Positions 1-7,300 of a stretch of 9,265 bases of DNA are shown here, piece after piece (the stretch's first letter is position 1; the number at the start of each line of letters is the position of its first letter). Under the pieces are notes generated by a model, which was given only the letters and a program-made list of their open reading frames with translations, was not told the origin of the DNA and searched no databases. This DNA is from Halalkalibacterium halodurans (GTDB lineage Bacteria; Bacillota; Bacilli; Bacillales; Bacillaceae_D), in the NCBI RefSeq assembly GCF_004376175.1, contig NZ_SNUY01000098.1, forward strand, positions 1 to 9,265, written 5' to 3'. The position numbers and the translations under genes were made by a program.

Positions 1-846
1 ATAGAATTGTTCTTCAGCCTGTGAGTGAGTGAAGGACCGGTAGATTGCCTTCAGATCTTCAGCGACTTCTTCTCGATCCTTCTTACGCACACGATTTAAG
101 GTGTGTCGTACTTTGTGTACCACACAACGCTGGACATCTGCTTTCGGATAAAGGCTTTTAAAAGCTTCTTCTAAGCCAGGAAGTCCATCAAATACACCGA
201 GTAAGACTTCCTTCAGCCCACGTTGATAGAGGTCTTGAAGCATCTCTTGCCAACCAAGAGCACTCTCTTGACCACCAATGTAGAAACCTAACAGTTCACG
301 ATATCCTTCTACAGTGACTCCAATGGCAAAGTAAATCACTTCGTTCGCCACGGTGTCACGGCGGAGTTTGATATACATGCCATCCAGATATAGCACAGAA
401 TAGCGTGGGTGTAATTCGCGTTGCTGCCACGCCTGGATATCTTCCATGGCCACTTCCGTGATATTACTGATGGTCGTGGCAGAGTAAGAAGAACCGAGAA
501 TGCGTTCAATGAACTTCCCTACTTCACGGGTACTCATGCCACTTTGATACATCTTGATAATGGTTTCCTCAAGCCATCCATCTCGACGTTGGTAAGGAGC
601 AAAGAGCTGAGTTTGAAATTCACCTCGGCGATCTCGTGGTACTGATAATTCTTCGATTTTGCCGTATCTCGTGTCTAATGAACGTTTATAATATCCATTT
701 TTGCTGTTTGGATGATTAGGTCTTTCAACTTTCAAGTAGTTATCCAGTTCTGCTTTCATGATGATTTCAAGTCTTTCTTGAATAAATGATTTTATGATTT
801 CTTCCAGTTGATTTGTGAAGTCGGATTTGTTTATACTTGATGACAT
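1..846 (-). CDS. IS256-family (Mutator-type) DDE transposase, N-terminal 282 codons; the C-terminal part lies beyond the left window edge
   Basis: The reverse-complement reading frame is open from ATG (complement of 844..846) to position 1. It translates MSSSINKSDFTNQLEEIIKSFIQERLEIIMKAELDNYLKVERPNHPNSKNGYYKRSLDTRYGKIEELSVPRDRRGEFQTQLFAPYQRR...SVLYLDGMYIKLRRD...LLGVFDGLPGLEEAF...VQRCVVHKVRHTLNRV. It carries IS256-family hallmarks: first catalytic D in LYLDGMY (codon 382..384), second D in VFDGLPG (codon 187..189), and the QRCxxHKxR motif. The catalytic E would lie off-window. An AGAGGAG SD sits upstream of the ATG. The ORF is missing from the supplied track only because it is truncated by the window edge. 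Confidence 0.9.
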   Translation of the reverse strand, partial: MSSSINKSDFTNQLEEIIKSFIQERLEIIMKAELDNYLKVERPNHPNSKNGYYKRSLDTRYGKIEELSVPRDRRGEFQTQLFAPYQRRDGWLEETIIKMYQSGMSTREVGKFIERILGSSYSATTISNITEVAMEDIQAWQQRELHPRYSVLYLDGMYIKLRRDTVANEVIYFAIGVTVEGYRELLGFYIGGQESALGWQEMLQDLYQRGLKEVLLGVFDGLPGLEEAFKSLYPKADVQRCVVHKVRHTLNRVRKKDREEVAEDLKAIYRSFTHSQAEEQFY

Positions 847-902
847 AGGTAGGGATTACTCCTCTCTTATGGAATCTCGACAATTCCGAGGATACCCTAC
901 CT
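847..902 (-). promoter_or_regulatory. Structured 5' UTR hairpin abutting the transposase start codon and partly sequestering its Shine-Dalgarno
   Basis: AGGTAGGG (847..854) is the perfect inverted complement of CCCTACCT (895..902). CCTC (861..864) pairs with GAGG (888..891). An inner hairpin is GGAAT (871..875) / ATTCC (883..887). On the mRNA strand the SD (AGGAG, complement of 859..863) lies inside this stem and the stem ends at the nucleotide before the AUG. Confidence 0.4.
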
Positions 903-1053
903 ATTTTTATGTTTTCAAGGGCTTACACAAAATATTTTACGTCATCGAGATGAGCCATGATGATGGTAAACTAGAATGGAATAAATGTAGCCCTTTAATT
1001 TGATATGATTTTATAATACTTAAACGGAAATTCCACGAAAGGTATCAGGTGAA

Positions 1054-1082
1054 TTGATACGTAGTGGGAAGCTGTTTATAAT
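1054..1082 (+). promoter_or_regulatory. Sigma-A (sigma-70) type promoter of the four-gene operon
   Basis: The -35 TTGATA (1054..1059) and a consensus -10 TATAAT (1077..1082) are separated by exactly 17 nt (1060..1076). The -10 lies 47 nt upstream of the first ATG (1130). No other comparable match was seen between the IS end and the operon. Confidence 0.6.
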
Positions 1083-1129
1083 AAATGATTAATAGAAAAA
1101 TCCCGTAATTCATCAGAGGTGCACTTCAC

Positions 1130-2152
1130 ATGGAAGAGATCAAAAAACGATTAGCAACATATCCAAAAAGAACGATTACGTTAACTCAGCTTGAAGAGTT
1201 GATTAAACCATATATTCATACATACGAACAGTTTGCGGATACGATTTTACAATTGGAGTCAGAGGAAGTATTAGGGATGGTGAAAGCGAAAGGGCGAACG
1301 GCCAGAACGCCATCTCTTGCGTTGCAGTACCGCATTGATAAGAGCTTACTAGCAATGAACCATCACAAGGAGCTCCAACGTTTCCGTCAGCTTCTGCATC
1401 CGTCAATTAATATAGATGACTATTACGGTAAAGATCCTTTGATTTGGCAAAATGACCTAGCTGCTATTTTAAAAGTGGATGAATACATCAAGACATATTC
1501 CTTTCCATCAGAACAAGTGCCTGCACCTGAACGCAGCTTTGAAATAGTCGGGGATGAAAAGTGGCTGGTTGAAAAAGGCGGCAAGGAGCTTCTGGAGCGA
1601 ATTGGTGTATTTGATAAGCTTAAGATTATTCCTGTTTCTGAACCTCTTATGTTTGCGATTAATCCTACGAATATTCAAAATGCTATTCAGCTTCATTTAA
1701 TCGTTGAAAATAAGACAACCTATCAAGGGTTACTGCCTGCCCTCGTTGAAACAGAGTTTTCGACGCTTATTTATGGTAGTGGAAAATCGGTGATTAAAAG
1801 CATTGAGCAGTTTGCGATTCAATACCCGCTCAAGGCAGATCATCAGTTTTTTTATTTTGGTGATTTAGATCGAGAAGGTTTGATGATTTGGTATTCGTTA
1901 ACGAAAAGGCAGCCTGTTCATGTCGCTTTGCCATTCTATCTAGCTTGTTTAGCAAAAGAGGCAGTCACAGGAAAGGATTATCAGCGAGAACACATCGAAG
2001 CTCTTGAGGCTTTTCTTCTTTTCTTTCTGCCAAAACAGCAGAATTTGATCAGAATGCTATTAGCGGAAGGTAAGTATTATCCTCAAGAAATATTAAAGAC
2101 AAAGGAATTACAGATGATTTGGAGGGAAACTGATTGGAAGGCCTTGATGTAA
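1130..2152 (+). CDS. jetD: JetD/MksG-like Toprim nuclease subunit (Wadjet-type, DUF2220-like C-terminal domain), 340 aa
   Basis: ATG at 1130 with an AGAGGTG RBS at 1115..1121. The acidic Toprim residues sit in JetD-like context: LHLIVENKTTY (E193, codon 1706..1708) and FFYFGDLDREGLMIW (D245 at 1862..1864, D247 at 1868..1870), about 52 aa apart as in topo VI-A/JetD Toprim folds. Upstream, the ERSFEIVGDEKWL motif resembles the conserved ER-x-S/F...GDxK segment of DUF2220 proteins. The gene is co-operonic with an SMC-like ATPase. Confidence 0.8.
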   Translation: MEEIKKRLATYPKRTITLTQLEELIKPYIHTYEQFADTILQLESEEVLGMVKAKGRTARTPSLALQYRIDKSLLAMNHHKELQRFRQLLHPSINIDDYYGKDPLIWQNDLAAILKVDEYIKTYSFPSEQVPAPERSFEIVGDEKWLVEKGGKELLERIGVFDKLKIIPVSEPLMFAINPTNIQNAIQLHLIVENKTTYQGLLPALVETEFSTLIYGSGKSVIKSIEQFAIQYPLKADHQFFYFGDLDREGLMIWYSLTKRQPVHVALPFYLACLAKEAVTGKDYQREHIEALEAFLLFFLPKQQNLIRMLLAEGKYYPQEILKTKELQMIWRETDWKALM

Positions 2153-3648
2153 ATGAGTTAACACGTGGATATCGGGAGCGGATCAGACGGCTTGCTCTTT
2201 TTGAACCATTGCATGTATTAGAGAGAAAACGTGAAGAGGATTTAGAAGGTAAGAGCATTGATATGAAAGGATTCGGTCTGCTTACGTTATTATTTTTCTT
2301 TGAGCAAAAACTGATGAGGCAATCGAAAACGGGTGTGAAGCAGCTGGCAGCTTTTTTAGAAAGCGTATCAGAGCAGAAATATCTCCTGTCAGAAGAAAAA
2401 TATGAAGTGCTGGCAAGGTCGATCATTCAAACCTTTCGTCCGACTGACGGAAAGAAGCGTCGTTATTCGTATTATGATTGGGAAGTGAACGAGGAGCAAT
2501 CAATTGAATATTCAATCTTGAAAGCCAATAATTTCGATGTCAAAACGAATACACAATATTATACGTTAGATGAGGACGGGCTTGAGTTACTTTTTGCGAC
2601 GAAGGAGTTTTATAGTGAGTTCCAGCTTTCGATTAATCAGCTGATCCTTAGAAAGCAGTTAGAAAAAGGGGAGTTTAAAGGGGCTCTTAGGCAAATTAAT
2701 GAAATGCGCATTGATGTGGAGACGTTAGAGGAACGTATGATTAGGCTGAAGCATGAGATTCAGCGGAGCATTGTGTCGGAGGAAACATTCGAGCGGTATA
2801 AGCAGCTTCTTGAAGACATTTATGAGCGCCTTGCGCGTGAGGATGAAGAGTTCAAAGAGCTGCGCTTGTTTGTCAAAGAGACGAGAGAGCGCCTTTATTC
2901 AAAAGACGTTCATCAAAAGGAAAGACAAACTTATGGCTACATTCTAAAAATTAATCGTGAGCTAGAGGCGGTTCATTATGACCATTCGCGATTATTAGAT
3001 CAAACGCTAACACTAAAAAACACGACGCTCATCACAGCGCAAGAGTCTCTTTATTATACGGGTATTCATTCTTTTAACTTTGATCAGGATATAGTTTCTC
3101 ATATTGTCTCGGGGCCTTTACCGGTAGAAGCGATGAAAGGGATTCTTCATCCGTTTTTACAAGTTGAAGAGAATGAACGGTGGTCTCCTTTAGCTGTGTT
3201 GGCTGAGCAAAATATTACCGAAGAACGAGAGGGGAAAGTGGATCAAGGATTTATTGAGGTGGGCGAAGAACAATCTGATAATCCACACCGACAGTGGCTG
3301 ACACAAAAGTATAAAGAGCTAATGGAACTTTTCCTACAAGCTTATGGCGAGCAGAAAGGTGGCACACTTTCAGCCTTTATGAATTTTCTTTGTGAAAATG
3401 ATCAAGCTGCTGTGTATGAACAGCGTTATTTCTACGATTTTTGGTTGATTCTCCACCAACGATCGCCGATTATTCAAGGGGATGTCGATGAACAGGAAGG
3501 AAAGACGTTGCTTGGAGAGGCGTTAGCGCTTATTGGAGATCTCACTCTGATCATTAAAGAAGGAAAAGGGATCATTCAAAAAGTGGACCGCTATTCGATT
3601 CAAGAAATGATCATAGAAATGGAGGGAGCAGAGGATGAATTATCCTGA
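2134..3648 (+). CDS. Candidate kleisin subunit (JetA/MksF-like by size and position), 504 aa; no motif recognised directly
   Basis: TTG start at 2134, 8 nt downstream of GGAGG (2121..2125), overlapping the upstream stop by 19 nt. The next in-frame ATG is 43 codons further in and has no RBS. At about 500 aa the size matches JetA/MksF. A central E/R/K-rich helical stretch (LRQINEMRIDVETLEERMIRLKHEIQRS...EDEEFKELRLFVKETRERL) is flanked by mixed alpha/beta-looking ends. The functional call rests on gene neighbourhood, not on sequence identity. Confidence 0.6.
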   Translation: MEGLDVNELTRGYRERIRRLALFEPLHVLERKREEDLEGKSIDMKGFGLLTLLFFFEQKLMRQSKTGVKQLAAFLESVSEQKYLLSEEKYEVLARSIIQTFRPTDGKKRRYSYYDWEVNEEQSIEYSILKANNFDVKTNTQYYTLDEDGLELLFATKEFYSEFQLSINQLILRKQLEKGEFKGALRQINEMRIDVETLEERMIRLKHEIQRSIVSEETFERYKQLLEDIYERLAREDEEFKELRLFVKETRERLYSKDVHQKERQTYGYILKINRELEAVHYDHSRLLDQTLTLKNTTLITAQESLYYTGIHSFNFDQDIVSHIVSGPLPVEAMKGILHPFLQVEENERWSPLAVLAEQNITEEREGKVDQGFIEVGEEQSDNPHRQWLTQKYKELMELFLQAYGEQKGGTLSAFMNFLCENDQAAVYEQRYFYDFWLILHQRSPIIQGDVDEQEGKTLLGEALALIGDLTLIIKEGKGIIQKVDRYSIQEMIIEMEGAEDELS

Positions 3649-4375
3649 GAAAAAAGTCATTCTGGCTTTTCAGCTTTATACAAAACTAGCACGAGATGGG
3701 GTTTCAGACGTACAAGCGGTCCAACTCTATAAAGCGGATGATGATATTCGTGCTCTTCTTGATACGTTTAGCCATCAAGTTGATTGCGTGATCATTCTAA
3801 CGAGTGAACAAATGTTTATGGTACCAAGAACGCGGCTCTCTCCTTTTCATGTCAGCAATGACTGGATTAAGCGACAATATTTGCGTTCTGGTGCGACAAA
3901 TGGAGATATTTATCTGTTATATTTTTCGACGATTATTCTGTTTGGTAGCTTTTATGATACGTATCAAAGTCAAGAGCCGACGAGGCAATTTATTCGTTTA
4001 GATGAATGGGTTCATTTTATACAAGAGCGGATTGATCAATTAAAAGCTCATGATACGGAAGAACTGAAGGAATTAGAAAAGGAATTTTCATATAATTGGT
4101 CTTTAATCATCGAGAAATGGGAAGATATGAATGATATTAAGGAAACAGCTAAAAAACAAAGCGGCAACACCATTAGTCGTCTAAGCTTTATTGATACGGT
4201 GAAACGATTTTTGGTTGATCAAGAGGTAGTTCAAGAGATTGGCAATGATGAAATTACGTTAACAGAAAAAGCGAAAACGATTATTCAGCGCTTCTTTATG
4301 GAAGTGGAGTATAACAAAGGTATTTTTGAATTTATTTACGGGTTTGAAAGGGAGGAAGAGCATGCCGGCGATTAG
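3635..4375 (+). CDS. Candidate KITE subunit (JetB/MksE/MukE-like by size and position), 246 aa; no motif recognised directly
   Basis: ATG at 3635 with GGAGG at 3621..3625 (9-nt spacer), overlapping the upstream gene by 14 nt. The roughly 240 aa length and the position between the putative kleisin and the SMC gene match JetB (DUF4194-type). The acidic C-terminal tail (FEREEEHAGD) and two helix-rich halves are compatible with a tandem winged-helix KITE protein. The function is inferred from context. Confidence 0.55.
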   Translation: MNYPEKKVILAFQLYTKLARDGVSDVQAVQLYKADDDIRALLDTFSHQVDCVIILTSEQMFMVPRTRLSPFHVSNDWIKRQYLRSGATNGDIYLLYFSTIILFGSFYDTYQSQEPTRQFIRLDEWVHFIQERIDQLKAHDTEELKELEKEFSYNWSLIIEKWEDMNDIKETAKKQSGNTISRLSFIDTVKRFLVDQEVVQEIGNDEITLTEKAKTIIQRFFMEVEYNKGIFEFIYGFEREEEHAGD

Positions 4376-7300
4376 TAAAATTCGGTTAACAAACGTTGTA
4401 TATGAAGAAGGGAATAAACGATATAATGATGAGCTATTCTTGTTTGATGGACATAACGGAGCCATTTTACTAGAAAATGGTGGCGGAAAGACGGTTCTCA
4501 TTCAAACAGCATTACAAGCAATCATTCCTCATACGAATTTAGCCGAGCGACAACTGAGAAACACGCTTCTTCTTGAAAATGCCCCTGCTCATATCGCGAT
4601 CGAATGGATCATAAATGAAAAGCCAAGGCGATATGTCGTGACGGCTGTAACCCTTTTTATGACGAAGCATGGGCTTGATTCACTTCGATACGTCTATGAA
4701 TATGAAGCAAATGACCCAAATGGCATTGATGAAATTCCTTTTGTTCGCGGAACTGAGACGAAACGAACGGCGGAACGAGGAGAAATGCAAGACTATTATA
4801 GCCAAATGCGTGAACGTTCCTTTTTGGCTCGTACCTTCCAGACGATTAAGGAATATCGTAGCTTTCTTGAAGAACAGTATCATATTATTGCCAATGAGTG
4901 GGAAAGTGTTGTCAAAATTAATAGCTCTGAAGGTGGAGTTGAGGCTTTTTTTGATGATTGTAAAAACACAAATCAGTTGTTTGATCGTCTGTTAATTCCA
5001 ACGGTTGAACAATCGATTGCTGGTCATGATGAAAAAATGTTTGCGGATATGTTTGAAAAGCAGCATACAAGCTTTAAGCAGTATAAAAAGTTAAAAGAGA
5101 CGATTGAAGAAAATAAACGGATTCAAGAGGAATTAGAAACATTTGTTCAGGCGTTTGAACAGCTTCATCAAAAGAAACTAGAATACAAAAAAACAAAGCA
5201 AAAGGCAAAAGGTACGTGGGAGGAAATCCAGCTGCAAAAGGAAAAGATAAAGGGCGAACAAACGGTTCTGTTTGAAAAGTTGGAGGAATGGAAGCAAAAA
5301 GATTACAAGCACGCCATTAAGTCTGCTTCTTATGAGATTGCCGTTGAAAAATCGACCCTAGACAGCTTAACGAAAGAGTATAATCAAGCTTTTGCGAAAT
5401 ATGCCCAGTTAGAAGAAGAGCTTAAACGTCATCATTTGGACTATTATTCGCTTAAACTAGCGGAGCTAAAGGCCGAGCAGAAGAACTTCAAAGATCAACT
5501 GAAGCATTTTGAAGAGGAAATGGACAAGCTGAACCAGACAGAAGAGCTTGAGGAGCTTGAAGAGCAGCTAGAACAGGCAAAACGCTCGTTGCTAGGCTTT
5601 TTTATCGGGAAAATCGAAAAGATTGAAAAAGAGATACGAGGTCTAACTTTTGAGATGAATCCGATTAAAGAACAGCTGCAACAATCGCAAGACACGTTAA
5701 CTTCATTACAGGAAAAAGAAGCAGAACAGGAAAAGAAGCTTTCTAGTATCAAAAGTCTGCTTGATACGAGAACGAAGGATATGAACCAACTAGAGCAGCA
5801 GCTGTTAGCCAATCCAAAGCAACAGCGTGTCCAAGAAGAAATCGTCAACTGGAATAATCGTTATCAATTTTTAGATGATGAGATGATTCGATTGCAGCAA
5901 GAGGAAAAGCAAATTGAAATTGAAAAAAGTGAGGCGCAAAAGCGAAAAGATGCTTTTCAAGAAGAAAGAGTGAACCGCGAGCGCGAGCGTGATTCCATCG
6001 AATATCAGCTTGATACAATCAACAAAGAGCAGAAAAACTTGATTGCCATCCTTTCTGCTGTTCGTCCGCAATGGGCAGCTCTTGAAAATGTGTATGAAAA
6101 TGAAAGCTCGATTGCTTCAAGACTAGTTGAAACAATTGAAAGATTTGAGAAAGAACGAAGCCATTTACTGTACTTGGAGCGAATCGCGCATCGGTTTGTC
6201 GATGATTATGACAAGCAAAATGTCTTCTTTGGTGATTCCTTTGTCGAGTCCCAGTTAAAGTCTTGGAAAAATCAGTTTGACTTATTACTGACAGGGGTTG
6301 AATATATCCAGTCATTAGATGCGGCTGATTACCTTGAGAAAAAAAGCTATCCTCTCTGGTCGTTAACACTGATAACAACAAATAAATCCAAGGCTATGTT
6401 GCAAGAAAAATTAAACGGTGTAGCGGACCGACTGCAATTTCCAATTCATGTCATGACGACAGAAGAAGCAGCTGTCGCTCATAAAGACGAAAGTCCACAC
6501 ACATGGATAGCACCTCTTCATTGGAGCAAGGGAATGGAAGCTGAATCGTTCCAACATTGGAAAGAAGATATCGCTAAAACAGCGAATGAAACAATCCTTT
6601 CACGGGAGCAAAAAGAAAAGGAAATGAAAAAATGGGAACATGCTCAAAAAGCCTTTGACGACTTTATGGCACAATTTTCATATGAAAAAATGACCAAGTT
6701 ACAGGAAGAGCGCTCAACGATCATACGTCAAATAGAGCGGCTCTCTCTTAGTATCGTAAAAGAAGATGAGCAAATGGAAGACTTACGATCTAAGCTTACT
6801 CTTTTAAAAGATACTGTCAAAAAAGACCAGGATGAAATGAAAGGATTGGAGTGGAAGGTTGAACGAGGAAATCTCTACCTTCAATATAGCCGAGAAGTAG
6901 AAGAGGCGAAAAAGAAAGAGAAGCAGGTAAAGGAAGAGCTTGTGGAACTCGAAAAAGAAGTAGTTAACGTCAAACTCCAATATGATGCTTTATTTGAACA
7001 AAAGGCAGAGCTAGACAAAAGAATCGGCTCTTTAAATACGGAATTAAGCATCTTAAAACGTGATGAACAGTTTATTGCTGTTCAACCCCTTACGCCACTA
7101 TTTTCAGGTGAGGGCAAGCAGATGATTCAAGAGAAAATTCGCAACCTAGAATTTAAAATTCGAGCCATTCAAGTCAGTTACGGAGAATGGAATGCGAAAT
7201 TAGAAAACGCAAAGGCTGGTATAGAACGGACGAGTAAGGCAATGGATGAGTTGCGCACCGAACATGGACAGCTTGATGAGGATGTGCTTTTTCCAAGTGA

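Larger units (their letters stand above)
1..946 (-). mobile_element. IS256-family insertion sequence (partial). The in-window terminus is tentatively at about 921..946.
   Basis: The element contains the transposase CDS plus roughly 100 nt of 5' leader. On the minus strand, 921..946 reads GATGACGTAAAATATTTTGTGTAAGC. As I recall the 26-bp terminal inverted repeat of IS256 (GAT start, TTGTGTAA near the inner end), this matches in register and in its TTGTGTAA core. The other IS end is outside the window, so the boundary cannot be confirmed by IR pairing or target-site duplication. Confidence 0.55.

Noticed and set aside
421-1003. Plus-strand ORFs 421..645 (74 aa) and 815..1003 (62 aa)
   Set aside because: They are shadow ORFs antisense to, or overlapping, the clearly recognisable IS256-family transposase and its leader. 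They have no RBS and no recognisable protein features.
1073-1082. Extended -10 (TGn) element at the operon promoter
   Set aside because: The TG (1073..1074) is two bases, not one, upstream of TATAAT, so the TGnTATAAT consensus is not met. The promoter call rests only on the -35 and -10 hexamers and the 17-nt spacing.
4326-4361. The ORF-track start of the large gene at TTG 4326 (MNLFTGLKGRKS...)
   Set aside because: There is no Shine-Dalgarno upstream of 4326. ATG 4362 lies 6 nt after GGAGG (4351..4355) and gives the same 14-nt coupled overlap seen at the previous junction. The SMC N-terminus MPAISKIRLTN... also starts directly with the first beta-strand typical of SMC heads.
5544-5567. Near-tandem GAGCTTGAGGAGCTTGAAGAGCAG repeat inside the SMC gene
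   Set aside because: It simply encodes the EELEELEEQLEQ coiled-coil heptads. It is a compositional consequence of the protein sequence, not an independent DNA element.
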